The position numbers were made by a program, and so were the translations under genes. The notes beneath the pieces are model-generated. The model made no database searches. It saw only the letters and a program-made list of their open reading frames with translations, and was not told where the DNA came from. Shown here piece by piece: positions 37,844 through 47,465 of a stretch of DNA of 64,000 nt; the stretch's first letter is position 1; each line of letters opens with the position of its first letter. The DNA is from Patescibacteria group bacterium (GTDB taxonomy: Bacteria; Patescibacteriota; Patescibacteriia; SG8-24; DYFX01). Location of the stretch: NCBI GenBank assembly GCA_041659045.1, contig JBAZZB010000001.1:326111-390110 (forward strand), given 5' to 3'.

Positions 37844-39319
37844 TTACCAGTTGCTCCAAATGGTGAGCGCGATGACGATGGCAATCACCCCAGCAATGTT
37901 GCCTAGAGTTTGTATCGCCAAGAGCGAGCCGACGACGACGGCCAGGAAGACCAAGAGGTACTTAAACGCTTTTGTCACTGCTTCGTCGTGCTCCCGTTGT
38001 GCACGAATCGCCGCCTCTTGCTGCTCACGCGCCCTGCGATCAGTCTCTTCGCGCCGAGTGCGCTGTTCTCGTTCGTACTTGTCTTGAGCCTCTCGCTGCG
38101 CTTGAGCGATTTCCGCCTGGCGCTTCGCCTCAAGACGACCACGCTCGGCGTTTTCCTTGGCGATTCGCTCTTTCCCTTGAGCAAAAGCTTCGTAGACGGA
38201 GCGTTGATCCGTATCGAATCTCCGCTCATATTGCAGCAGATCGAATAGCCCCCAATCGTCCTTGAGCAGACTGTTCCAGCGATCGAGAACAGCAGCTTGA
38301 GACTTCACTTCGACCACTTCGAGCATTTGATGATGCGCACGCACGAGGGAGGCTTCGGCTTTCGGTGCGAGCATGCCAAACGTTTGCTTTCTCATTTCCG
38401 ATAGAAAACCGTCCAGTTCAGCTCTACACCGCTTGAACTCCGGATCGGCAGCCGCTTTGAACACGTACCGAGGGTCGAGTTTGATAGCCCGCTTCAATAT
38501 TCCCATGGCGTCATTGGCAAACCCCCCAGTTACCAGGAATTTAGCCGATTGAAACCATGCCTCGCCACTGCCTGCATCGAGGGTAGTGGCTTCGTTTGTA
38601 TGCGCCCGTGCTTCATTCAAGTTGCGCTGCACGTAAGCGATAAAGCCAGCCTGAAGCATGTCGCATGCCGCTTCCTTCGGCTCGTCGCTCCGCGCGTATC
38701 TCGCCGAAAGCAGAAACGATTCCTTTGCCAGTCGAAGGTTGATGAGATCCGTGTCGCAACCTACGAAGCCCAGACGAATGACGCCCACAAGACGGTGAAA
38801 GCGCCACTCCAGCTTGTAGCCGGAAGTTCTGCGGTCTCCGTAGATCGCCTTCTGAAGCGCCTCGAGTGCCTCCGGATACAATCCTTGGCGGAAAGCATCG
38901 CGCGCGATTTCGAAGTGCTCATAGGCCGCCGTCTGCGTCGGGGTCTTGGCAGTCTCGAGCAGCGACTCAAGCGAATCGCCCATGCCGCCAAGCGAGCCAA
39001 GAATCTGCCCGAACCCGGACTCGAGCGTGCTGTTGAGACCAGAGATCTCCTCAGAGACGCCGTCGAGGTACTCTCGCAACTCGCCGCGCCCTTGCTCTAA
39101 GGAACGGATAACTTCATCGAACCCTGTCCGGAACTCGCGGGACAGTGTCTGCGTAGAAGACGCCATGCCGCCCAAGATCGAGCGGGTCTGGCCGGAGATC
39201 TCCTTGATGACCATCATCGCCGACTCTCGATCTGACTTCATCAGGTCGTTGGTGATGGTCTTTCGCTTGAGATACTCGTGCCAACTTTCTCCCCACATGT
39301 AATTCCAACCGGTCGCCAT
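37844..39319 (-). CDS. hypothetical TPR-like / coiled-coil protein with two C-terminal TMs
   Basis: AGGAG SD, promoter TTGACA-17-TAGGTT (39408-39436), TPR-like motifs (EALEALQKAI, LKRAIKLDP), long charged helix. Confidence 0.75.
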   Translation of the reverse strand: MATGWNYMWGESWHEYLKRKTITNDLMKSDRESAMMVIKEISGQTRSILGGMASSTQTLSREFRTGFDEVIRSLEQGRGELREYLDGVSEEISGLNSTLESGFGQILGSLGGMGDSLESLLETAKTPTQTAAYEHFEIARDAFRQGLYPEALEALQKAIYGDRRTSGYKLEWRFHRLVGVIRLGFVGCDTDLINLRLAKESFLLSARYARSDEPKEAACDMLQAGFIAYVQRNLNEARAHTNEATTLDAGSGEAWFQSAKFLVTGGFANDAMGILKRAIKLDPRYVFKAAADPEFKRCRAELDGFLSEMRKQTFGMLAPKAEASLVRAHHQMLEVVEVKSQAAVLDRWNSLLKDDWGLFDLLQYERRFDTDQRSVYEAFAQGKERIAKENAERGRLEAKRQAEIAQAQREAQDKYEREQRTRREETDRRAREQQEAAIRAQREHDEAVTKAFKYLLVFLAVVVGSLLAIQTLGNIAGVIAIVIALTIWSNW

Positions 39320-39464
39320 GGCATACTCCTTCTGCGGTGCTGCTTGAAGCAGGTCGTCCGTTTTTCCGTTTCCGAAGTATTCGGAAACCGAGACGCGACG
39401 ACCTTCGAACCTATTCATTTTTTCCGGCTTTGTCAAGTATCGCAAACACCGCTCGCGCGACTTG

Positions 39465-39773
39465 TCACCTCGCTTTCAATGCGCCTTCACGCTTTAACAA
39501 GGCAAGTTTCTTTTTGGAACCCCCGAACGCGTAGCCGCCAACGTTGCCGTCCGAACGCACCACGCGGTGACACGGTACACGCTTCGTGTCGCGGTTCTTG
39601 CTCATGATCGTACCGACCGCGCGGGCTGCGCCTGGACGACCGGCCGCTTTGGCGACCTCGCCGTAGGTGCGCGTTTCACCACGCGGGATTTGCGCCACGA
39701 TAGCGTAAACCTTCTGGGCGAAAGGCGTTTCACTTCCCGAGTACGTTGAGATCCTGAAGGACTTCTTCGGCAT
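39465..39773 (-). CDS. methylated-DNA-protein-cysteine methyltransferase family (C-terminal domain only)
   Basis: IPRGETRTYGEVA, AARAVG, VPCHRVV. Confidence 0.88.
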   Translation of the reverse strand: MPKKSFRISTYSGSETPFAQKVYAIVAQIPRGETRTYGEVAKAAGRPGAARAVGTIMSKNRDTKRVPCHRVVRSDGNVGGYAFGGSKKKLALLKREGALKAR

Positions 39774-40202
39774 GATTCGCGGGTTTAACGTCTTCGTAGA
39801 TTTTTGCGATTTTTCCTTCTGGATCGATCAGAAACGACCAGCGTTTCGTGCCCATGTATTCGCGACCCATGAACTTTTTCTTGCCCCACACGCCGTAGGC
39901 CTCAACAACCTCTTTCTTCTCGTGGCCAAAAGCGTAAACGGAAGATCGTATTTCTCGGCGAACTTGGCATGCTTCTTTACGGGGTCAACACTGACGCCAA
40001 GCACGACCGCCTTCAGTTTTTTGAATTTTGGAAAATGATCACGGAGCGTGCAAGCCTCGACAGTACAGCCTGGAGTATCGTCCTTGGGATAAAAGTACAG
40101 CAGAACCCAAGAGCCGGCGTAGTCTTTAAGCGCGTGTGTTTTTCCTTCTTGGTCGGGCAGGACGAACGCGGGGGCGCGGCCACCGATTTTCGGCGTTGAC
40201 AT
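39730..40202 (-). pseudogene. bcp: thioredoxin-dependent thiol peroxidase (BCP) with a one-base deletion frameshift
   Basis: YFYPKDDTPGCTVEAC; after LPFTLLA the sequence continues in another frame as EKKEVVEAYGVWGKKKFMGREYMGTKRWSFLIDPEG..HAEEVL to TGA at 39730; could be a sequencing error. Confidence 0.8.
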
Positions 40203-40257
40203 ATGGTATATTTACGGAGTCGTGCAAAAGTATAACACGAGTTTTGGAGGAAACCCT

Positions 40258-40596
40258 ATGCAGAACGAGCCACTGATCGGACAGGTGTGCGTCTCCTGTC
40301 GCCCCGGCATGCCGACCCTGACGCGCGCGGAGATCGACGCCTTCATGCCGCAGACTCCGGGCTGGGAGCTTTCGGATGATAGCAAGTGGATCCGCCGTGA
40401 CTTCACGTTCAAGAACTTCATGGAGGCACTCACCTTTCTGAACAAGGTGGCCGAGGTCGCCGAAACGGAGGGGCACCACCCGGACTACCGAGGAGGTTGG
40501 GGTCGTCTCACGATCGAGTTGACCACGCACGCTATCCACGGGCTTTCGAAGAACGACTTCATCCTCGCCGCAAAAATAAACGCGCTGCTCACCTGA
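40258..40596 (+). CDS. pterin-4a-carbinolamine dehydratase
   Basis: FTFKNF..AL.FLNKVAEVAE.EGHHPD, TTHAIHGLSKNDFILAAKI; GGAGG SD. Confidence 0.92.
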   Translation: MQNEPLIGQVCVSCRPGMPTLTRAEIDAFMPQTPGWELSDDSKWIRRDFTFKNFMEALTFLNKVAEVAETEGHHPDYRGGWGRLTIELTTHAIHGLSKNDFILAAKINALLT

Positions 40597-40610
40597 GCAA
40601 CGCGTTTTTC

Positions 40611-41789
40611 TTATCGACTGACCCGGAAAATAAACGTTTTCAGGTACAACGATTCTGGGAAGTAAATCGATTGCGGATGGTCAGGGCTTTGGCGGACAAC
40701 CTGCAGGAGGTCGAGCTTGATTCCGGCTTGGACGGAAGCACGTCGAAGGGTGAACGCCAGATCGTCTTCTGAAAGGAAGTGCGAGCAGCTCGACGTCGCG
40801 AAAATACCGCCGTCTTCCACGAGGCGCATGGCCGCGCGGTTCAGGAAGTGATACGCCTTGCGACCTTCTTCAGCATCTTTCATCGTCTTGATGAGTGCCG
40901 GCGGGTCCATCACAACCATGTCGTATGTTTTTTCCTGGCCCGCTCCGAGCCACTGGAAAATATCCGTCTGCTCGGTCGTGAATTTCTTTTCGGAGAATTC
41001 GTGGAGCTCGGCGTGCTTTTGGCAAAGTGCCAACGCGTCTTCGGAGGCATCGATGTTATGCACCGATTTGGCGCCGCCTTTCATCATCGCCACGCTCGCG
41101 GCACCGGAGTACGAAAAGAGGTTCAGCACGTCTTTTCCTTTTGCCATGCGTCCAAGCGCCGAGCGCGCGTCTTTTTGGTCCAGAAAGAATCCAGTCTTCT
41201 GACCCTTGATCGGATCAGCCAAGAACTGAATCCCTCGCTCTTCAAACTGTACGAGGTCGTCAGCCGCGCCTTCGTGGATTTTTACGACGTCTTCCAAACC
41301 TTCTTCGGCACGTACGGCCATGTCGCTGCGCTCAATAAGGCAGCTCGGGCGGAGCGTCGTAACGATCGCTTGAATGACGTCTTCACGCAGGGCGTCCATG
41401 CCAGCGGTCGAAATCTGGAACACGATCGTATCGGCAAACCGATCGATGACAAGTCCGGGGATTCCGTCCGATTCGCCGAAAACAACGCGATAGCCGTTGG
41501 TATCCGTTTTCGCGCCGTAGCCCATCAAGGCGCGACGCTCGTGGGCTTCGCCGATTTTCTTTTCAAGCCAAGCGCGATCGATGGTTGCCTCTCCGAATTC
41601 GAAGCAGCGCACCGCGATCGAGGAACGAGCGGAGAACGAACCGGTCGCCAAAATCTTGCCGTTTTTGTCGGCAACACGCACAAAAGAGCCGTGTTCGGCT
41701 TCGAGGTCTTCAAGCGCGCCGGAGAAAATCCACGGGTGGAGGAATCCGACGTTGGCTTCTTTGCCAGGTTTGAGGGTCAGCGTGATCAT
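40611..41789 (-). CDS. RlmI-family SAM-dependent rRNA methyltransferase
   Basis: PUA domain HPWIFSG, GESDGIPGLVID, GQKTGFFLDQ, VLNLFSYSG, DPPA, SSCS. Confidence 0.92.
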   Translation of the reverse strand: MITLTLKPGKEANVGFLHPWIFSGALEDLEAEHGSFVRVADKNGKILATGSFSARSSIAVRCFEFGEATIDRAWLEKKIGEAHERRALMGYGAKTDTNGYRVVFGESDGIPGLVIDRFADTIVFQISTAGMDALREDVIQAIVTTLRPSCLIERSDMAVRAEEGLEDVVKIHEGAADDLVQFEERGIQFLADPIKGQKTGFFLDQKDARSALGRMAKGKDVLNLFSYSGAASVAMMKGGAKSVHNIDASEDALALCQKHAELHEFSEKKFTTEQTDIFQWLGAGQEKTYDMVVMDPPALIKTMKDAEEGRKAYHFLNRAAMRLVEDGGIFATSSCSHFLSEDDLAFTLRRASVQAGIKLDLLQVVRQSPDHPQSIYFPESLYLKTFIFRVSR

Positions 41790-41858
41790 AGTGGGAGGAG
41801 CATAGCAGGAAATCCTTTCTATGAAAAGGCTCGCCCTTGCGGGCGAGCACTTTCCTTC

Positions 41859-42818
41859 CTACTGAACGCGGCGCTTCCAAGCGCGAACAATGAGCCAAAC
41901 GACGAGACCAATCGGCAGCAGAATGCCGCCCCAGACGATCACGAGCCAGATCAAACCCGCGATCAGGTCCTGAACCACGACGACGAGCGTCTGAAATGCC
42001 GTCTTGATGATCGTGACCGGACGGAACTCCTTGGTCGGCGCACGCACGACAGGTTCCTCAGAGAGAGAAACGGAAATCGTGGAGAGCGAGGTCGTGTTCG
42101 TGAGGTACTGGATGCGGCCTTGGAGCGATTCAATTTGCGCACGGATCGAACCGAGTCGTTCTTGAACCTTCAGAATATCTTCAACACTCCTGGCCTGCTT
42201 GAGCACTTCAAGATACGTTTCTTCTTGTGCCTTGGCGTTACGGAGCTGGGCCTCGAGATCAGTATACTGTTCCGTCACGTCCTGACCGTTCGACGACTCG
42301 TTACGTACGAGCGTGGCGAGGCCGCGCAGGTCAGCCATCGTCGACTCAAACTTTTCAACCGGCACGCGCACGACGATATTTCCGTAGTAGGTGCCGTTTC
42401 CACCTTCTGTGATCGAAGATGATTGCACGTAACCACCGCGATCAACGGCGATACCGCCAATTTTGGCGGCTGTATTCGAAACGTCGTCAACGAGCAGCTC
42501 CAAGGCGCCGGTCTTGATGATCTTTTGATCAACGTCCGCGGCCGTTTGACCGGCTGTCGAGGACGGTACGGGCATCATTCGTCCATAGAAGTCCGGGGCC
42601 GACTCGTAGGTCGACTTCACGGCATCGTTCGCGATTCCAAAAGAACCGACGGTGTACCCAACTTCACCGAGCATTGGCGGCTTTATGTCCCATGGCGCTT
42701 CTCGATCAGCAACGCGCTTTCCGTTCGCAAGCCACGCCGTCATTAAAACCACGGAAACGCCAAGAAGGACGAAGAAGGTCTTCGGGCGCTCCTTAAAGTG
42801 CGCAATGAGTTTTTGCAT
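41859..42818 (-). CDS. DUF4349-family membrane-anchored protein
   Basis: KIIKTG.LEL.V, GGYVQSS, VRVP, DVTEQYTDLEAQL, C-terminal TM. Confidence 0.85.
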   Translation of the reverse strand: MQKLIAHFKERPKTFFVLLGVSVVLMTAWLANGKRVADREAPWDIKPPMLGEVGYTVGSFGIANDAVKSTYESAPDFYGRMMPVPSSTAGQTAADVDQKIIKTGALELLVDDVSNTAAKIGGIAVDRGGYVQSSSITEGGNGTYYGNIVVRVPVEKFESTMADLRGLATLVRNESSNGQDVTEQYTDLEAQLRNAKAQEETYLEVLKQARSVEDILKVQERLGSIRAQIESLQGRIQYLTNTTSLSTISVSLSEEPVVRAPTKEFRPVTIIKTAFQTLVVVVQDLIAGLIWLVIVWGGILLPIGLVVWLIVRAWKRRVQ

Positions 42819-42887
42819 AGATTCAAAAGAATTCTAAAAGCATTCTATCATATATACGGCATTCCGACGGTATGGTAACTTTTGAGC

Positions 42888-43184
42888 ATGGAGCGCTTCG
42901 AAATGCCCGTACAACCCGAGACCGAACGTATCGCGCGTTTAGCTGCCGCTGCTTTGCGCTTGGAGAGGACTGTCGATCTCAAACGGTCGCCTGACGGCCA
43001 TATTTACGCCGCTCTTGATGGCGAAAAAATTTCCGATCTCCCCACGCGGAAGAAGCTCATCGGCAAGATCAAAGCGGAAATCGCTCGCCAGCGACCCACG
43101 TCACTCTCAGAACGTCAGGATCTCATCGACGACGCGCGCCGGGTCAGCGAGCTGCACCCAAGCGACGACGACATCGAAAACTAA
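42888..43184 (+). CDS. hypothetical protein
   Basis: Fills the gap between genes, TATGGT upstream, followed by a hairpin and T run (43185-43207). Confidence 0.6.
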   Translation: MERFEMPVQPETERIARLAAAALRLERTVDLKRSPDGHIYAALDGEKISDLPTRKKLIGKIKAEIARQRPTSLSERQDLIDDARRVSELHPSDDDIEN

Positions 43185-43213
43185 CTCCGCGAGTGCGGGG
43201 TTTTTTCATAGAG

Positions 43214-43774
43214 CTACCTGAATGTTGGGTGCATCGTGTGCAGTGCTTTACGCCGTATTCGATGGTCTGGCACCGTTCTTGCGACTTGCGCCCAAAAGCG
43301 CGGCGAGTGATTGAATTCGATCAGATGCGAGAGCTCGTGAGCCACGATATACTCCGCCAACGACTCCGGCATGAGCGCGATCCGATAATTAAAAGAAAGC
43401 GTGCCGCTTCGCGAACAGCTGCCCCAACGGCTTTTTTGATCGCGAATAGAAACCGAGCGTACGGTAAGGCCGTACACCGGAGCAAGACGCGCGATCAGCA
43501 CGTAGGCTCTTCGACGCGCAGCTTCTTTGTGAAGGAGGTATTCACCATGCGCCTCAGATTTCGTTTTTGGTGCCGGGACGCGCAAAAGCGTTTCACGCGT
43601 GCGTTCAATCCAAACGCGGTTCTGTTCAAGGAAACTGGCGACAAGCGCGTACGAACAGCGTCTTGGCACCGTGACCGATACGCGTCCGCCTGGATGTACG
43701 CGAATACGCAAACTTCTGGCACGCGCGTGCGGGCGTACGTCTGCTTCAAAAGGAAGTTCGATCGCGCGTCGCAT
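43214..43774 (-). CDS. YgjP/DUF45-like zinc metallopeptidase family protein
   Basis: QKSRWGSCS, YIVAHELSHL..NHSPRFW. Confidence 0.9.
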   Translation of the reverse strand: MRRAIELPFEADVRPHARARSLRIRVHPGGRVSVTVPRRCSYALVASFLEQNRVWIERTRETLLRVPAPKTKSEAHGEYLLHKEAARRRAYVLIARLAPVYGLTVRSVSIRDQKSRWGSCSRSGTLSFNYRIALMPESLAEYIVAHELSHLIEFNHSPRFWAQVARTVPDHRIRRKALHTMHPTFR

Positions 43775-43854
43775 AGGTCTTCAACTCTATCGTTTTTCTA
43801 GAACCGCCGCAATTCATGGTATATTGGAAGCATCGTAATTCACTTGCTTAGCGT

Positions 43855-44316
43855 ATGAAGAGCGCAGAAATGCAAAAGTACGTCCCCTATGTCCTTTTGG
43901 GCGTATTGATCGGAGTCGTTGTGTACGGCTTGGCCGCACGCAAGGTAAACGCGCCGGTGGTCGAACAACCGGCACAACCCGTCGAAACATCGCCAGCGGC
44001 CGATGTCGTGATTGGTGGAGAGACGGAGGCCGTGGCCCCGTCCGCCAAGTACCCGACGAAAGCGCTGCCCTATATCGAGAACGGTTACCGCTTCCAGTTC
44101 TCGAACTGCCGTGGCACTCCGGGCAGCCTGGTCGTGAAGGCTGGTAAGTACTTCCTGTTCGACAACCGCGACGCCAAATCGCACACGATCGCGGTCGCGG
44201 GCCAGTCCTACTCGGTCGGCGCGTACGGCGCAGCCGTGGCGGCCGTCTGGAAGCCCGGTACCTACAACATCACCTGCGACGGCGGCGGAGCCGCATCGCT
44301 CACGGTGCAGAAGTAA
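43855..44316 (+). CDS. hypothetical membrane-anchored protein with a small beta-sandwich domain
   Basis: N-terminal TM, two Cys, KPGTYNITC. Confidence 0.75.
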   Translation: MKSAEMQKYVPYVLLGVLIGVVVYGLAARKVNAPVVEQPAQPVETSPAADVVIGGETEAVAPSAKYPTKALPYIENGYRFQFSNCRGTPGSLVVKAGKYFLFDNRDAKSHTIAVAGQSYSVGAYGAAVAAVWKPGTYNITCDGGGAASLTVQK

Positions 44317-44322
44317 GGATCG

Positions 44323-44349
44323 AAAAAACGCCCCGCGAGGGGCGTTTTT
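44323..44349. terminator. bidirectional intrinsic terminator
   Basis: AAAAACGCCCC-GCGA-GGGGCGTTTTT. Confidence 0.85.
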
Positions 44350-44353
44350 GTTT

Positions 44354-46264
44354 CTACTGACAGACGGCGCATTCTTCGTTGGCGAAGTCTCTGGCCTGCA
44401 TTTTGATCTGCGCGTTGTCGATAGCGTCGGCTTCAATCGGCGCGGCCGAGCGGAGATAGTAGAGGCTCTTGGCGCCAGCCTTCCAGGCGAGGAAGTGCGC
44501 GTCGTGGAGATACTTACCGCTGATCGGCGTCGGGAAGAACAGGTTCACCGACTGCGACTGGCAGAGGTACGGCTGACGATCAGCCGCTTGCTGCACGATC
44601 TCGCGCATGTTCATTTCGTAGCCGGTGCGGAAGACGGCCTTCTCTTCATCGGTCAGTTCTTCCATGTGCTGCACGCTGCCTTTGGCCGCAATCACCTTCT
44701 TCCACGTTTCGACGGTGTTGATCCCCTTCTTTTCGAAAAGCTTTTCAAGGTGGCGTCCTTTGACGAGGAAGCTGCCGGAGAGCGTCTTCTGGAGATAGGC
44801 GTTACCGGTGATCGGTTCGACGCACGGGGTCGCTTCGCCGCAGATGAAGCTGATCGAAGCGGTCGGCGCAATCGAGAGAATATAGCTGTTGCGCTGGTCT
44901 CCACCATCGAGCGGAGCACCGCGTTCTTCCTTCAGCTTTCGAGATGCCGCTTTGGCGTGCGTGTGGATCAGGCTGAAGATTTTTTTGTTGATCGAGCGAG
45001 CGGCCATGCTTTCGAACGGCAGATTCTTTGACATCAGATAGCCGTGGTAGCCCATGACGCCGAGTCCGATCGAGCGCTCGTGCTTCACGGAGTTGATCGA
45101 CTTCGCGTAGTACTTCGGATCGGCCGCTTCAACGAAGTTGTCGAGTACGTTATCGAGCGCACGCACAGCGTCGTTGATGAGTGATTCGGCCTGCGACTCC
45201 CACTCGTCGAAGCGCTCGAGGTTGAGCGACGAAAGGCAGCAGACGGCCGTGCGGTCGTGTGTGGTCGGAAGCGTGATCTCCGAGCAGAGGTTGCTCTGCT
45301 GGATGAAGAGGCCCTTCTCGGCGTGATGCGCGGGAACAGCGCGGTTCACGGTGTCGATGAACAGAAGATATGGTTCGCCAGTTTCGACGCGCGTCTTCAA
45401 GATCTTGCGCCAAACCTCAGTTGCGTCGAGTTCCTTCACCGCCACCTGGCGCTTCGGGTCGATCAGCTGATAGGTGCGCTTTTCTTCAACCGCCTTCATG
45501 AACTCGTCGGTGACGACAAGACCGTGGTTGGTGTTCAAACAGCGGCGGTTCATGTCGCCGACCGGCTTGCGGATGTCGATGAACTCTTCGATATCCGGGT
45601 GATCCACGCGCAGATAGGCCGCACCGGCGCCACGACGTACACCGCCTTGCGAGACGGCGATGATCGAGGAGTCCATGACCTTGATAAACGGAATGACACC
45701 CGAGGATGTGCCTCCCATCGAAAGCGGCGCGTTTTGTCCACGCAACTCGGACCAGCTCGTGCCAATGCCGCCGCCGTTCTTGGAAATAAAAGCGTTCTCC
45801 GCGTAACCGGCGTAGATGCCTTCAATCGAGTCTTCGACCGTGTTCAAGAAGCACGAAATCGGCAAGCCGCGGTTCGTGTACGTGTTCGTCAAAACAGGCG
45901 TCGCCGGCATGAACCAGTTCATCGACATCGCGTCATAAAGACGCTGGGCGTGCTCTGCGTCGCCGCGCGCCATACCACAGGCCACGCGAGAGAAGAACAT
46001 CTGCGGATCTTCGACGATCCTGCCTGTTGCGTCCTTCAGGAAGTAGCGATCACGAAGATTCTCAAGACCGAAGTACGTGAGAAGGGCGTTGCGATCGACG
46101 CGCGTCACGATTTTGCGCTGCACGTCGGCATCGCCGCGGTACTGCGGGGAATCCCAGCTGCCGCGACCCTGCGTTTTAACGAGAACCTCTTCAAGAAGAA
46201 TATCGCGGGCGTCGACGAGGTCATTGTTGGACAGAGCATCGATGACGGATGCGTGGCGTGGCAT
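44354..46264 (-). CDS. nrdA: class Ia ribonucleotide reductase alpha subunit (no ATP cone)
   Basis: PATPVL, PISCF, GGGIG, SNLCSE, APTAS, KSLYY, C-terminal CAVC; alternative GTG start at 46294. Confidence 0.95.
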   Translation of the reverse strand: MPRHASVIDALSNNDLVDARDILLEEVLVKTQGRGSWDSPQYRGDADVQRKIVTRVDRNALLTYFGLENLRDRYFLKDATGRIVEDPQMFFSRVACGMARGDAEHAQRLYDAMSMNWFMPATPVLTNTYTNRGLPISCFLNTVEDSIEGIYAGYAENAFISKNGGGIGTSWSELRGQNAPLSMGGTSSGVIPFIKVMDSSIIAVSQGGVRRGAGAAYLRVDHPDIEEFIDIRKPVGDMNRRCLNTNHGLVVTDEFMKAVEEKRTYQLIDPKRQVAVKELDATEVWRKILKTRVETGEPYLLFIDTVNRAVPAHHAEKGLFIQQSNLCSEITLPTTHDRTAVCCLSSLNLERFDEWESQAESLINDAVRALDNVLDNFVEAADPKYYAKSINSVKHERSIGLGVMGYHGYLMSKNLPFESMAARSINKKIFSLIHTHAKAASRKLKEERGAPLDGGDQRNSYILSIAPTASISFICGEATPCVEPITGNAYLQKTLSGSFLVKGRHLEKLFEKKGINTVETWKKVIAAKGSVQHMEELTDEEKAVFRTGYEMNMREIVQQAADRQPYLCQSQSVNLFFPTPISGKYLHDAHFLAWKAGAKSLYYLRSAAPIEADAIDNAQIKMQARDFANEECAVCQ

Positions 46265-46312
46265 AGGCTTGCTCGTTAATAACGTAGAGTTCACTGACCA
46301 ACGCGTGCGGCT

Positions 46313-47266
46313 TCAGGCCCAATCCTCGAGGATGGCTCCTTTGCCGTATTCCGTCGCGCGATTTTCGAAAAAGTTTGTGTGCTCTTTGGCGTTCACCATC
46401 GTATCGAGCCAGAGCAGTGGGTTGGCGGTGCGGTATTTCGCTTCAAGACCGATCTCCTGAAGTTTTTTGTCTGCGGTGTAACGGATGTAGGCTTTGACTT
46501 GATCCGCCGTGAGTCCGGGGACGTCGCCCATCGAAAAACAGGTGTCGATGAATTTGTCTTCGAGATTGATCATGTCGTCGCAAGCCTTATAGAGCTTGGC
46601 TTGAAACTCTTCCGTCCAGATCTGCTTGTTTTCGGCAATGAGGTCGCGGAACAAGTGACAGACGCCGCGGCTGTGCAGGCTCTCGTCTCGGATGCTCCAG
46701 GTGATGATCTGCCCGACACCTTTGAGCTTTCCCATGCGCGGGAAGTTCATAAGAATCGCGAAGCTTGAGAACAAGCTGACACCTTCCATGAACGCGCCGA
46801 ACACGGCGAGGTTCAACGCGAGGTTTTCAACCGAATCGGTTTCAAAGTTCTGAAGGAACTGGTACTTGTTGCGCATCGCGTCGTACTCGAGGAACGCCGA
46901 GTATTCGCGCTCCGGCAGGCCGAGCGAGTCGTTGAGATACGAGTAGGCCCAGACGTGAATGCTCTCCATGGCGGCAAATGCCGAGAGCATCATTTTGATT
47001 TCCGGTTTCGGAATCGCCGGAATCAAGCGCGTGTTGTAGTTGTTGTTGACCTCGATGTCACCTTGCGTGAAGAAACGGAGGATCTGGACAATGAGATTTT
47101 TTTCTTCCTCCGAGAGTCGAAATTTATAGTCGGCAATATCGGCTTCCATCGGAACCTCCGTCGGCATCCAATGCGCCTGGTTTTGCTTTTGGAAATATTC
47201 AAAATACTGCGGGTACTCGAAGGGCCGATAAAATTTTCTCGGCGTTAGGATGCGTGAAGTGGACAT
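46313..47266 (-). CDS. nrdB: class Ia ribonucleotide reductase beta subunit
   Basis: FFTQGD, ESIHVWAYS (radical Tyr), EGVSLFSSF, RDESLH, NFFENRATEY. Confidence 0.95.
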   Translation of the reverse strand: MSTSRILTPRKFYRPFEYPQYFEYFQKQNQAHWMPTEVPMEADIADYKFRLSEEEKNLIVQILRFFTQGDIEVNNNYNTRLIPAIPKPEIKMMLSAFAAMESIHVWAYSYLNDSLGLPEREYSAFLEYDAMRNKYQFLQNFETDSVENLALNLAVFGAFMEGVSLFSSFAILMNFPRMGKLKGVGQIITWSIRDESLHSRGVCHLFRDLIAENKQIWTEEFQAKLYKACDDMINLEDKFIDTCFSMGDVPGLTADQVKAYIRYTADKKLQEIGLEAKYRTANPLLWLDTMVNAKEHTNFFENRATEYGKGAILEDWA

Positions 47267-47297
47267 AAGGCGAGAAAAAAACATCAGAGACCGCATT

Positions 47298-47346
47298 ACA
47301 CTACATATTGTGTAACACGGTCTCAGTATACCACTACACGTAGTGG
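47298..47346. promoter_or_regulatory. tandem NrdR boxes flanking the nrdBA -10 element
   Basis: ACACTACATATTGTGT (47298-47313) and CCACTACACGTAGTGG (47331-47346); TATACT on the minus strand between them. Confidence 0.8.
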
Positions 47347-47465
47347 TTATGAACCTAACAGGTGGGGATAAACCGGGCCGCTCACGACTAGCAAGCCCAG
47401 TCTAATTTTTTTAATCGCGTTCTACCAGAGGAGAAACTGTGGACAGAGAATGTGGCTGCTCATTT

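Noticed and set aside
39915-39935. Programmed ribosomal frameshift in bcp
   Set aside because: No slippery heptamer or obvious stimulatory structure; a simple one-base deletion explains it
40779-42422. 547-aa plus-strand ORF
   Set aside because: Antisense to the RlmI and DUF4349 genes, no recognisable domain
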